Source of the DNA: a virus
Length of the DNA: 64,000 nt
Reading direction: 5' to 3' (one strand)
IMG/VR virus record: IMGVR_UViG_3300037258_000352
Location: 40,287 to 104,286 of that record
Positions 1 to 9,575 of the stretch are shown here, in pieces. A program made the translations under genes and the position numbers. The notes beneath the pieces are model-generated. The model saw only the letters and a list, made by a program, of their open reading frames with translations, was not told the DNA's origin and searched no databases. Every line of letters begins with the position of its first letter. Position 1 is the first letter of the stretch.

Positions 1-12
1 CACCGCAGTCAC

Positions 13-234
13 TCACTGGGGAAACGAGAGTGTTTCGCTGATAACGGTCATCGTGCCCCGCGCCCACCGGGGTAGCCGGTCGTCGGCCGCGATGTATCCG
101 GTTGCGCGTGCGGCGATCTCACCGTCGTCAGTGGGATCCACTTCCCCGGGTGCGATCCATTCGGCTTCGAGTGCGGCTGCGTGCCAAGCTTCGGGGTCGA
201 CGTCGATCTCGATGACGATTCGCGCTCTGATCAC
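13..234 (-). CDS. Hypothetical protein
   Basis: ORF directly downstream of promoter/SD cassette. Confidence 0.65.
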   Translation of the reverse strand: MIRARIVIEIDVDPEAWHAAALEAEWIAPGEVDPTDDGEIAARATGYIAADDRLPRWARGTMTVISETLSFPQ

Positions 235-243
235 TGTGGTGTC

Positions 244-317
244 CCTCCGCGTCTACCGGCGTCCGCCACGCCAGTCTGTAATGTCACAAGACTACATCCG
301 TGGGTGGTGACCGTCAA
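244..317 (-). promoter_or_regulatory. Housekeeping-sigma promoter + hairpin + SD cassette
   Basis: TTGACG-N17-TAGTCT (317-289), hairpin CTGGCGT-GGCGG-ACGCCGG, GACGCGGAGG upstream of ORF 13..234. Confidence 0.7.
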
Positions 318-464
318 CGGTTACCGGGGAGGGTCCGAAGTCGATCGGACCGATCCGGATCCCCGACGGGTCCACCCCGTCCATCGCGGCGAGCTTGTCC
401 CGCATCGAGGTCAACACCTCAGCCAGGACCCGCTCCACACCCAACGAGACCTCACACCGGCACA

Positions 465-740
465 TCAGAGCAGCGCCAGCACGATCACCAAACAACCCAC
501 CACCATCAACGACACCGCGAACGTCGCCAGCATCGCCCGGTACTCCGCGCGCTTCACCGCGATCATCAGGTCCTCATCCGCTAACACCGTCGCCAACGCT
601 GCGGGGCCCTGCTCCACGACACCAACCGATCCACCCATGGTCAGGAACTTGGCCATCAACTCCGCTGCCTCCCGAGCAGTCCCACACCCCACAGTGAGGG
701 AGTCGGCCCCGTTTTTCGTTTCGACTGTGTAGCTCTTCAT
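465..740 (-). CDS. Hypothetical protein with C-terminal TM helix
   Basis: GACACGGAGG at 761-752; hydrophobic C-terminus; start could also be the TTG at 749. Confidence 0.6.
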   Translation of the reverse strand: MKSYTVETKNGADSLTVGCGTAREAAELMAKFLTMGGSVGVVEQGPAALATVLADEDLMIAVKRAEYRAMLATFAVSLMVVGCLVIVLALL

Positions 741-751
741 GCTGATCAATC

Positions 752-817
752 CCTCCGTGTCCTCGTTCCGCTGTGCCTTACATCCCGTATAATCGCGAGG
801 GCCGGCCCGGGTGTTAC
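752..817 (-). promoter_or_regulatory. ECF (SigD/ShbA-type) promoter + extended SD
   Basis: GTAAC(817-813)-N17-CGAT(795-792); GACACGGAGG 761-752. Confidence 0.75.
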
Positions 818-845
818 ACCCTGACCGGCCCTGGATTCCCGACGC

Positions 846-1352
846 TCACACCGCTTCGGAGGGTAACCCCGGGCCAGCGTGTTCGGTGAGGTATTCCCGC
901 CACGTCCAATCCAGTCGCCCGTTCCACAGACCGTCCTCGACGGTGGCGGTGGAGAACAACGCCGCCCGGCTCGCTGCGACCCGCCCGACCCGGAAGTAGG
1001 CGCCCTGCGGGTCGAACCCTTCCACTCGCAACGCCCGCCCCGCCGCTTCGAGCGCTAGCCACGCGTCCCGCAGCTCCGGGTACGCGATGGCGACCACCTC
1101 CCGCCGGCGGTCGAGCTCGACACTGCGGCGCGCGGACCGGAGGGCCTGCTCGGCTTGGGCGTAGGTCAGGGTCCATCCGGTAGCGGCTTTGACGTGGGAC
1201 CGCCCGAGGGTCATCACCCGACCGTCGGGGTTGACGACGTCGTAGAGGTGTTTCAGTGGCCGGCCGCAGTGGTCACACGACCCCTCGGTGTGCCGGATCC
1301 CCGTCAAATACCAAGCGCTGGACCCGATCTGCGCTGCTGCGGTGGGGCTCAT
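846..1352 (-). CDS. Hypothetical protein, CxxC/His putative Zn-binding N-terminus
   Basis: CDHCGRPLKH...GRSH; preceded by cassette. Confidence 0.7.
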   Translation of the reverse strand: MSPTAAAQIGSSAWYLTGIRHTEGSCDHCGRPLKHLYDVVNPDGRVMTLGRSHVKAATGWTLTYAQAEQALRSARRSVELDRRREVVAIAYPELRDAWLALEAAGRALRVEGFDPQGAYFRVGRVAASRAALFSTATVEDGLWNGRLDWTWREYLTEHAGPGLPSEAV

Positions 1353-1357
1353 GTCGT

Positions 1358-1428
1358 CCTCCGTGTCTCCGGGCCGGTCCGCTCCGGCCCTCTGACCTGT
1401 CTATCGCCGCCCGGGCGCGGTTCGTTAC
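1358..1428 (-). promoter_or_regulatory. ECF promoter + hairpin + extended SD cassette
   Basis: GTAAC(1428-1424)-N17-CGAT(1406-1403); GGGCCGG-AGCGGA-CCGGCCC; GACACGGAGG 1367-1358. Confidence 0.8.
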
Positions 1429-1775
1429 CGGTGCCTAAACCCCCGCTTCACCAGCGCGCTGGTAATCACCTGGTCCGTCTGGACGGCTTTCCGGGCCGCC
1501 GCCAGCGTCGGGTAAGGGCCCTGCTCAGGGTCGGTGGACCAGCAGATCCCCACCCACCACTGACCCTTACCTCCGGTCGCTACTCCGTCGGCGTCGCGTT
1601 TGGTGACGTACCCGCCGGTAGTGGACTCCGTCCCGGCCTGTAGCAACACCACCTCGTACAAGGGGTAGTCGGCCCGGGACACGCTGAACTCCCTCACCCG
1701 CAACCGCAGCGCGACAGTGCGCGCCTTGCGGGTTTTCGTGGTGGACATGGCCTCTCCCTGGTCGTTGGTGGTCAC
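1425..1775 (-). CDS. Hypothetical protein
   Basis: ORF in leftward operon; TAA stop lies within the next GTAAC box. Confidence 0.6.
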   Translation of the reverse strand: MTTNDQGEAMSTTKTRKARTVALRLRVREFSVSRADYPLYEVVLLQAGTESTTGGYVTKRDADGVATGGKGQWWVGICWSTDPEQGPYPTLAAARKAVQTDQVITSALVKRGFRHR

Positions 1776-1924
1776 GAGTTGCCGACGATGGTCACAGCGC
1801 CGGTGATGATCAGGGCCGCGACCACGACGAGTACCGCACCGGTCACACCGACGAAAGCGGCACCACCGACAGCAACCGTGACCGTGAGCCCAAGCAGGAT
1901 CAAAATCACGGCCATCGCGTGCCT

Positions 1925-1994
1925 CCTCCGTGTCTGGAGCGGGTCCGCACCCGCCCTACACACCTTGTATCGCTACCCGCCCCGCCGGTGTTAC
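1925..1994 (-). promoter_or_regulatory. ECF promoter + hairpin + extended SD cassette
   Basis: GTAAC(1994-1990)-N17-CGAT(1972-1969); GGGCGGGT-GCGG-ACCCGCTC; GACACGGAGG 1934-1925. Confidence 0.8.
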
Positions 1995-2224
1995 AGCGCG
2001 CACTCCGCGACGATGGTCCGCATCGCCACCGTGACCGCGAGCCTGAACGCGTCGAGCTCGAACCTCGATCCCTCGATGACAACGTCGCATCCACCGGGAC
2101 CGATGAGGACCAGACCCCACCCATCGTTGGCGATCCGCGACCCGTCGGGCAGCACCTCCCCCGGGTAAGCGACCCGCACCGGCGCCGTCGCCGGCAGCGA
2201 CTCCACACGCTCAGCCATCACCAA
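1991..2224 (-). CDS. Hypothetical protein
   Basis: ORF in leftward operon; TAA stop within GTAAC box. Confidence 0.55.
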   Translation of the reverse strand: MVMAERVESLPATAPVRVAYPGEVLPDGSRIANDGWGLVLIGPGGCDVVIEGSRFELDAFRLAVTVAMRTIVAECAL

Positions 2225-3388
2225 TCACTCCGATCCGGTTAGGGGCAGCACACCAGGCACGGTGGGTGCGAGGTCGCGCCGCAGTAGCACTCCGTTGGTG
2301 CGTCGTACTCGGGGGCGGGCCCGTGGTCGGGTGCCACTGGGCCGTGGCCCTTGCGGATCACGTTGCCCCGCCCGGGGTCCTCCCCGTCGCACAACTCCCG
2401 GTCACCACCGACGCCAGCGACGACCGCCCGCCATGGGGCCTGGGTCGCGATCCGTTCCACCCCGACCCGGCACCGTTGGCAAGACCCGAGCAGCGCGTCC
2501 CCCGCTGGGTCCGGTGCTGGCGTCGGTCGTTGCCGTGGGCGAGGTCTGCTAGCGACAACCGCCCGGGCGAGACCGATCACGCCGGCGTAGAACTCATCGG
2601 CCGGGCCCATCACGCGGTCGGATCACTGATCAGGCAGAGCGGGCAGTAATCCACACCGACCGGCACCGGTGTACCGCACCCGACGCAGTCGGCCAGCTTC
2701 ACCCACAATCGACATAGGTATCTCACGCCCTGCTCCCTCCTTTGTTGGGTCGGATCTCGAAACCGGACATGGCTAGCGCGTGGTGCAGTGCGACGACGTC
2801 CTCATCGAACATCACCGGCCACGGGCACCCACCGAGATTGCACACCGTCATCCCGTATCGGCAGGCTCGGTGACCCGACCGGATTTGCTCCACAACCTGT
2901 CGCAGCGCGGTCAGGCCAGCGTCCCCGGACATCAGAGCCACCCGTTCGCGAATCCGACCAGGGCCAGTTCGCGGTGCATCTTCACGATGGGCTCGGCTGC
3001 GTGGTCGGGGAGGATCCACTCCAAACCGGTGGGATCTACGGTCCGCCAGGATTCGGGGATCGCGTCGGCGACCTGCTCGAAATTGCGTAACCACACCTCG
3101 TGAGTGGTCATTTGCTTCCGTCCTCCGTGTCCCAGCCGGGTCCGTCGCCCGGCGCTCGCTACCTGCGTCATCCCCTGGGGAGGATCCGTGTCCTCTCGCG
3201 GTACTCATTGCAAATCCCGATGATCTGAGCGTCGCTGAGGTGTTGGACCACGCCGTGATCGGTGACCAATCGCCCCGCCGACTGCAAGATCTGTCGCATG
3301 ACAGCCGGGACCACAACCCGAGCTTTCTTCCCTTCCAGCGTGCGGTAGGTGACGAGGTGCTCAACCTCAGTGTCCGTGGACATGGGGG

Positions 3389-3458
3389 CCTCCCTTGTCT
3401 CGGTGGCCCGGGTGGGGCCGCTCACTATCTGTATCGCCGCCCGGTGTGCGGGTGTTAC
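3389..3458 (-). promoter_or_regulatory. ECF promoter + variant SD
   Basis: GTAAC(3458-3454)-N17-CGAT(3436-3433); GACAAGGGAGG. Confidence 0.75.
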
Positions 3459-3689
3459 GCCGCCCACGCGAGCAGTCCCGCATACACTGCTTCCTCGACC
3501 AGTTCCGGGTCCGGGATGTGGCGGATGAACTCCCGCTTCGCGCCGTCGTCGTGTTTCCCACCCGACTCGACCCGGATCGACCCGTACCCCAACAGGCGTT
3601 GCACGTAGGTCTGCTCCACCGTCAAATCGGTGTGCTCGCCCCCTGCATCTCCAGCCAACTAGTCCACGTCGTCGTGCACACAACCTCAC
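3455..3689 (-). pseudogene. Truncated or frameshifted bacterial PH-domain (bPH_2-like) protein
   Basis: DLTVEQTYVQRLLGYGSIRVESGG...IRHIPDP resembles the C-terminal half of bPH_2; upstream RRGLVG is in another frame; in-frame TAG at 3661-3659. Confidence 0.45.
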
Positions 3690-4138
3690 CTCCACCTGTT
3701 AGCGCGGTCGATGGACGCACCAACAGCCTCATCAACCGTGGGGTAGATATGGATCCCACGACGGGTGGCCAGTTCCCGGAGATAGGCGCGGGCACGGTTT
3801 AAGTCCTTCAACTCGCGCCCTGTGATGGTCTGGCCGTCGATCACAGTTCCGTCGGTGATGTTGTGGATGACGAGCAGGGCGTCGTACGAGTTGACGGTGG
3901 CCACGAACTCGGTCGCCTCCAGCATCGACGCGATGGCCCGGGTCTGGTGGTCGATGACGAACAGCACCTCAACGGACGCGATCTTCGCGTCGGCTTCGGC
4001 CTTCACGAGTTCTGGGGACCAGTCCTCAACTTGAGGGTTGTAGTAGGACACCCCCGCTGCCTCTAGCAGGGGGATGGCGATGTCCGCGCGCCACGTGGTC
4101 GGGTTGCAGCTTCCGCCTAGGAACAGGTGTGGCCTCAT
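3686..4138 (-). CDS. Nucleoside 2-deoxyribosyltransferase-like (Raw-like) protein
   Basis: LFLGGSCNPTTWR...YYNPQVEDW...LFVID...SMLE; start set by SD at 4157-4148. Confidence 0.8.
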   Translation of the reverse strand: MRPHLFLGGSCNPTTWRADIAIPLLEAAGVSYYNPQVEDWSPELVKAEADAKIASVEVLFVIDHQTRAIASMLEATEFVATVNSYDALLVIHNITDGTVIDGQTITGRELKDLNRARAYLRELATRRGIHIYPTVDEAVGASIDRANRWR

Positions 4139-4147
4139 TCGTTTACT

Positions 4148-4254
4148 CCTCCGTGTCTGTGCTGGCCCGCACCAGCAACCCCCAGGGTAAACCTGGGTGG
4201 TCCCAGCGTCAACGCTTACAACCTGTGTATCGGCCGGGACCACCACCGCGTTAC
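4148..4254 (-). promoter_or_regulatory. Tandem ECF + housekeeping promoter, hairpin, extended SD
   Basis: GTAAC(4254-4250)-N17-CGAT; TTGACG(4212-4207)-N17-TACCCT; TGCTGG-TGCGGG-CCAGCA; GACACGGAGG. Confidence 0.8.
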
Positions 4255-4981
4255 ACCCGCAGGTCCTCCCCAGGACACCGAGCCCGGAGACCCACCGGGT
4301 AATACCACCGGATCGTCGCGAAATCCTCCCCGGGAGCCAACAGTCCCAGGCGGGGTGTGTGACACCGGGCGCACCGCTGCTCGTACTCGGCGTGGTCACC
4401 CAACACCCCACGCGCCCCGGGTTCCCACACATGCCCACACATGCCCACCCAGGTCCGAGACAGCGACCGGGGTCGCCGGGGCCGAGGGTGGAGCGCCCAC
4501 CGGCACGATCACATAATCCGGATCGAGGGTCACCCCGTGGGTGTCGTAGGCACCGCACCGCAACGGCCGGCGGATCACGACGCCACCCGCCGGATCCGCA
4601 CCACCACCGGCACGCCACCCGCACCGACCCGCCCTGCTCGTGGTGGACCTCGAAACTGTCATCCGGGAGCCGGCTCCACGCCCGCGCGGTGCTCCACCAT
4701 CAACACATCCACCACATGCCGAGTCAACCGCGGCGCGTACGGGTGCCCGTCATGCGGCGCGTCCCACGTCATCCACGGGATCCCCTGCTGCGCCTTCCCC
4801 AGGTCCGGGCGCAGCACGTGGGGGGCACCGCAAGTTCGGCATCCTGCGAGCCATTCCCACGGCACGTCCCCACCCAGCGTGAGGATCCCCACCTGGTGGG
4901 CGCTGCTTACCCCACTCGCGGCGGCCGGGCCCACCGCAGGTTCTGGGGTTCCGTCACCCACCGGGTGACTACCACCTGTCG

Positions 4982-5476
4982 TCACGATCCCGGCGGCGTC
5001 CCCAAGAGCCGCAACCCATCGACGTCGACGACGACCCGGACCCCCGGCGCCAACACCCCACCATTACGCGCGGCAGTCGCCGCCCCAGACGGCTCCAACC
5101 CCGCAGACACCAAGACGTGCATCAACTGCGCCACCTCCACCTCACCAGCCGGCCACGACCGTCGACGACCCGACCCGCAACCAGGGTTCGCGGCCTGCAG
5201 GTAACCGCTCCGCGTCCAGTAGTCCAACGTCCGGTACGTCAACCCCGGGACCGCCTCCTGAATCTCCCGGTACGACACCGGGGCCTCCGTCACGACGGAG
5301 ATGCACTTCTCGCACCGCCGGCCGCGCCCGGTGTCCCGCCACGGCACCACCCGAGCTGGTTCCCCGCACAGGGTTTTCGCGCCGTCCACCGCGTGCGCGA
5401 CAACGAATTCCGGGTCAGCGTGGCGACCTACCGTCTCCCGCCACACGACTGGTGTGTCCTCCCCTGGCCCGGGCAT
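4982..5476 (-). CDS. MerR-type HTH DNA-binding protein with N-terminal Zn-finger-like region
   Basis: GLTYRTLDYWTRSGYL...GSGRRRSW; H..C..CxxC upstream. Confidence 0.7.
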   Translation of the reverse strand: MPGPGEDTPVVWRETVGRHADPEFVVAHAVDGAKTLCGEPARVVPWRDTGRGRRCEKCISVVTEAPVSYREIQEAVPGLTYRTLDYWTRSGYLQAANPGCGSGRRRSWPAGEVEVAQLMHVLVSAGLEPSGAATAARNGGVLAPGVRVVVDVDGLRLLGTPPGS

Positions 5477-5965
5477 CAGCGGGACCCCGCGAGGAGGTCC
5501 CCCGAGTCACCGGAATGAGCTGGCCCACGCACCGGGGCGACTGGCTCATCCTTGGGTGGGTTCGGGCAGAACCCCGGCGTCGACCCACACGCCACCACCG
5601 GGCCCTCCCGCATCACCGCCCCCGCAGCGCCACCCACAACCCCCACCGCGAACGCCAACACCAGCGACACCACAAACACCACAACCTGCCGGTTCACCGC
5701 CACCGCGGACCTCCTAACCGACTGAGCAAATCCACGAGGGGACCCACCTCAGTCACCGGTACCGATATTTGCCTCGTCGGATCCGAGTCAAGGTAAAACG
5801 ACCAAGCGTCTCGTTCCGGGCTCCGGATCACGATCAGCGTCGATGGTGCCCCATCATGCCGCCGACCGGGTATCGCCACCCGAAGCTGCTCATTCTGCGG
5901 GACCTCCGCGTGCGGGCCAGGCAGGTCAACCAACTGCACGACACCTCCCCTATCGGAACGGACTG

Positions 5966-6208
5966 TCACCATCGGTGGGTGTCCGCTGTCCACCCGAAGA
6001 ACCGGGATAAACGACGCGGGTACCAACCTCGCCCACCACATTTACGGCACGCCCCCCGCACCACCACCCGGAAGATCAACGAAACCGCTTTCCGCCACCC
6101 AGCACCGTTGCACCGCAGGCACGCCTTTTCGGGACTTCGCCACGCGTTGTAGAGCATCGCCCCGGACCCACCGACAACGGCGACACCGGCCGCCTCAATC
6201 ACGATCAT
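5966..6208 (-). CDS. Small membrane protein with DnaJ-like CxxCxGxG zinc finger
   Basis: TM segment then CLRCNGAG / CRKCGGRG. Confidence 0.7.
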   Translation of the reverse strand: MIVIEAAGVAVVGGSGAMLYNAWRSPEKACLRCNGAGWRKAVSLIFRVVVRGACRKCGGRGWYPRRLSRFFGWTADTHRW

Positions 6209-6239
6209 GTCCACCGTGGACCTCCCGGGTCCCTCGTGT

Positions 6240-6405
6240 GTCACGGGCACCTCCCGTGACACCGTCACGGCTAGTCACGGGCCGTGTCACGGCGTCGTCA
6301 CGCGGGTTTGTCACGGGCTGTCACGCGTGACAAACCCGGTGACCTCACACCCACCGCCCGCACCGTCCCCCCCGACTGTCACGGCTGTCACAGGGCCCGT
6401 GTCAT
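6240..6405. repeat. GTCACG(G) direct-repeat array, candidate clt / TraB recognition locus
   Basis: Direct copies at 6240, 6264, 6274, 6286, 6297, 6310, 6320, 6378, 6387 and inverted copies at 6254, 6326, 6339; intergenic, downstream of traB. Confidence 0.75.
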
Positions 6406-6851
6406 ACCTTGCTCGCGGCCATACTCCTTCGCTGGTGCAACATCCGCGCACCGCGCTCCAGCCTATGGAAATTGCGCATCAACAGCGGGGTCACTTCCCG
6501 CCGAGCGGTACGTAAATCGCCCACACCGAACAGTCGCCTAAATTCGGACAGGTCATCACACCCGGAGTCGTCTCCCCATGACTGGGAGTACCTGACGTCG
6601 TAGCCGTGGACTTTGTGGAGCCACAGGGCGATGGCTTGGACCCCAGCGACGAGGACGAGCCCGTATTCGTGGGGTTTCGCGTCGCAGTCGTTCCCGGAGA
6701 GTTCCACTTTCCCTTCCGCGCCGCCGCGGATGGGTTGGACATGCGCTTTCCGGGTTCGGATTTTCAGTTCCGTCGCGGTCAACGCATGCCCAGCTTCGTG
6801 GATAGCGACACCCATGAGCAGATCAATCTCACGGGGTGGGGTGGGGGTCAT
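6402..6851 (-). CDS. Zinc metallopeptidase-like protein (HExxH; M41/M50-like)
   Basis: AIHEAGHA, LVAG, GCDDL motifs. Confidence 0.75.
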   Translation of the reverse strand: MTPTPPREIDLLMGVAIHEAGHALTATELKIRTRKAHVQPIRGGAEGKVELSGNDCDAKPHEYGLVLVAGVQAIALWLHKVHGYDVRYSQSWGDDSGCDDLSEFRRLFGVGDLRTARREVTPLLMRNFHRLERGARMLHQRRSMAASKV

Positions 6852-8293
6852 GCTGCTGCCTCATTCCCCCCGACCTGCGGGTTCCGCACCGGAATCCACC
6901 CACGGTCAGACTTCTCGATCCGACCGTCCTTGGCCATGTACTTATAGAGACTGGCCCTTGACCACCCGCAATCAGCGAGGAGGTTGATAAACGAGTTCGC
7001 TTCCAACCGGTCCGTGCCGCTGGCCAGGAACTCGGTGACTACTTCGGCGAGGACCTCCGCGAACTCCTCCGGGGTCAGACCGTCTTTCGGGGGGTCCCCG
7101 ATCATCCGGGCGACTGTGGGGTGGGTGGGGGCGTCCGGGTCAGCGAGTTCCGTGTCATCGTCAAGGTCGGATGCGTCGAGCTCGAAATCAACGTCTCCGT
7201 CGTCGTTGGTGACGATGATCCGGTCTCCGACCAGGGCCAGTTCCGACTCCTCAAGCTCGGGGTCGTCGTCGTAGAGCTCCTCGAGCGCGGCGAGGTACTC
7301 CGCGTCGTCGGGATCGAACCCATCGATTTCGTCGTCATCAGCGTCGACGTCTATGGGGGTCGGTGCGACGGCTTGCGCCGCAGCGACCAACGCCGACCCA
7401 GTCACAGGACCGGGGACGATCATCCCGTTCTGCTTGACTAGGTCCAACGGGGTGATGTGAGTGGTCCACAAGTCCCCCAGCGAATCTGCGGTGACCTGGC
7501 ACATGTCCCCGAGGTTCGCGGCGACATACGCGGCAGCCGACGCGAACGTGTGCTCACCGACCCCATCGGACCACGACCGGTGGGTCATCAACTTCTCCCG
7601 GACCGTCATCCCGGGACCGACGAGGTAGTGCATCCCGGGGTCGTCGGCGCCCCACTGCGACGGTTTCGCGCCGGCGTTGACGACTTCCTCTGGGAGGGAG
7701 TACTGGTCGTATTCGGAGTCGGTGATGCCGTACGCGCGGTAGGACCCCATCTGGTTCCGGACGGTGGTGGGGATGTTGTCCCAGGTTGGTTGCTGGATGC
7801 TGTACGTGAGTTGCCCACCAGCGGACCGCAACGCGACCGCGAGCCCGACGATCTCCTTGGACTCGGCCAGTCTCCACGCCTCTTCGATGTGGATCCGCAG
7901 GAACCGCAGGCTCGATGACGGGGCCCACTGCTTGAGACCTTCCCTCGAGAGGTGGCTGGTCCGCTCCGGCAGGGTGCGGTTGAGGAGTTGCCGCAGGAGC
8001 CGCTTCGCGCGACCGGGGTCGATCTCGTACATCTGCAGGCACCCAGCGACGTCTTGGTAGGACTGGATGCCTTTGACGGTGTCAATCAAAATCTGGTCGA
8101 TGCGCATCGCACCGCAGGTCAGCAGGACCGGGAGTTCCCCCCACGTCTTCCCGGAGCCGGTGGTCCCGGAGATCAGGCAGTGGACCCCACCCTCGGGTCG
8201 AGCGATTCTGAACAGGCCGGTTTCCCCGTCGGAGCGGCGGCTGACGGGGATCCCGGAGAACGGGTTCGCGCCCTTGAGGAGCTTGATCTTCAT
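6848..8293 (-). CDS. traB: FtsK/SpoIIIE-family TraB DNA translocase, motor plus C-terminal wHTH part
   Basis: Walker A GTTGSGKT, Walker B LRIHIEEA, RSAG..SIQQP, acidic linker, C-terminal SRASLYKYM; AGGAG SD before ATG 8293. Confidence 0.8.
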   Translation of the reverse strand: MKIKLLKGANPFSGIPVSRRSDGETGLFRIARPEGGVHCLISGTTGSGKTWGELPVLLTCGAMRIDQILIDTVKGIQSYQDVAGCLQMYEIDPGRAKRLLRQLLNRTLPERTSHLSREGLKQWAPSSSLRFLRIHIEEAWRLAESKEIVGLAVALRSAGGQLTYSIQQPTWDNIPTTVRNQMGSYRAYGITDSEYDQYSLPEEVVNAGAKPSQWGADDPGMHYLVGPGMTVREKLMTHRSWSDGVGEHTFASAAAYVAANLGDMCQVTADSLGDLWTTHITPLDLVKQNGMIVPGPVTGSALVAAAQAVAPTPIDVDADDDEIDGFDPDDAEYLAALEELYDDDPELEESELALVGDRIIVTNDDGDVDFELDASDLDDDTELADPDAPTHPTVARMIGDPPKDGLTPEEFAEVLAEVVTEFLASGTDRLEANSFINLLADCGWSRASLYKYMAKDGRIEKSDRGWIPVRNPQVGGNEAAA

Positions 8294-8295
8294 GA

Positions 8296-9123
8296 CTACT
8301 TCACTCCTACGAGCAGACCGGGCCACGGTTGGGCATCTTCGATGGGGTTGAGGTGCATGACGGTGACGTCACAGATTTGGGCGTTGCGGGACTTCGGGCG
8401 GGCGTAGACCTTCATTGATCCGGGGGGGAACCCGTGCGCGGACTCCACCGAAGCGATGTCCCGCTGGAACTCCAGCATCGTGTCCCCCGGGGCGAGCCGG
8501 AGTGTGCCTTCGCTGCGGAACTCCGACACCCGCCGCAACGCGAGGGACGCCCCGTCGTGGCCGGCCATCTTCATGGGGGTGTCGGGTGGGTTCTGGGCGG
8601 CGAGGATCTCCGCGAGCTCCGCGACCCGATGCCTAGCGTTGATCCTGGTGTTCCAGATCGCGGCCAACGCGGACCCACCAGCGAAGAACGTCGCGATGGT
8701 GAACCCGTGGGTGGAGAACACCCACCCCGGGTTACCGGTGGTGAAGGTGATGAACCCGGTGATGGTGCACAGCGACAGCCACGCCCCCCCGAACGCGGTG
8801 GTGGCTACCCCGTGCCAGCGGGCGGTCCCGGTGTGGGACCGTTGGGTTTGCCACACCGAGTACGTCATCCCGATCGTCGCGACCATGATCAGCGCCACGG
8901 TCCCCGCCCGGCTCCACGCGGTTTCAACGAACGCGTGGAGCACGGTCCCCGCTAGCCAGAACAAGCCGAGGACGACCCACGGGATGAAGTGGACGGCGTG
9001 GTCGTGCAACGCGTGCCCGACCACGCCTCCGGATCCGGTGCGGGCACCCGTCCCAGCGCTGGGACCGCGCGGAGGAGCCGGCGGGCGTGTCTGCCGGGTG
9101 CTCGACCTGAATCCCTTACCCAT
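8296..9123 (-). CDS. Membrane protein equivalent to the N-terminal membrane domain of TraB
   Basis: About 4 TM helices; ends NPIEDAQPWPG, resembling the motif that precedes the motor in actinomycete TraB. Confidence 0.7.
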   Translation of the reverse strand: MGKGFRSSTRQTRPPAPPRGPSAGTGARTGSGGVVGHALHDHAVHFIPWVVLGLFWLAGTVLHAFVETAWSRAGTVALIMVATIGMTYSVWQTQRSHTGTARWHGVATTAFGGAWLSLCTITGFITFTTGNPGWVFSTHGFTIATFFAGGSALAAIWNTRINARHRVAELAEILAAQNPPDTPMKMAGHDGASLALRRVSEFRSEGTLRLAPGDTMLEFQRDIASVESAHGFPPGSMKVYARPKSRNAQICDVTVMHLNPIEDAQPWPGLLVGVK

Positions 9124-9138
9124 TTCCGTTCCCCTGTC

Positions 9139-9531
9139 TTACGCGGCGTTACGCCGACGGTTGCCGCCGTTGTTCTGATTATTGTTCTGTCCACCCTGAC
9201 CGTTGTTCTGGCCCTTCCGGGAACGGCTCGGGACGAACACGGCGCTGAGGATCCCTTCCGCGTTGCCCATCATTTTCGAGCAATGCGACATCAGCAACGC
9301 GGACCGGTGAAGGTCCCGAGCGATTCGAGCTGCCGCTTGCTCCTTCTCTTTCTGCGACATCAACGCCCCCCGCGACGGGGAATGAGCGAGACGCTTTTTA
9401 GCGACCCGGGAAATGATTTGCATCTCCATTCCAGCGTTGAGGAACAAGTTAGCCATGTCGTGGATCCATGCGCGCATCGCACCGGGGTCACGCAATACTG
9501 CTTCGTCCGCTGTGCGCCTCGTGATACCCAT
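9139..9531 (-). CDS. Putative TraA-like plasmid transfer protein
   Basis: Helical basic protein immediately upstream of traB; position typical of AICE traA. Confidence 0.55.
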   Translation of the reverse strand: MGITRRTADEAVLRDPGAMRAWIHDMANLFLNAGMEMQIISRVAKKRLAHSPSRGALMSQKEKEQAAARIARDLHRSALLMSHCSKMMGNAEGILSAVFVPSRSRKGQNNGQGGQNNNQNNGGNRRRNAA

Positions 9532-9575
9532 TGCCTTTTACCCTCTCTCGATTTCCTTGGTGTGCCTGACTTCGA

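Noticed and set aside
4197-5204. Long antisense or alternative-frame ORFs (also 14414..15628 full length, 38947..39855, 42230..42994)
   Set aside because: Pro/Arg-rich shadow frames expected in high-GC DNA, overlapping better-supported genes and lacking an SD.
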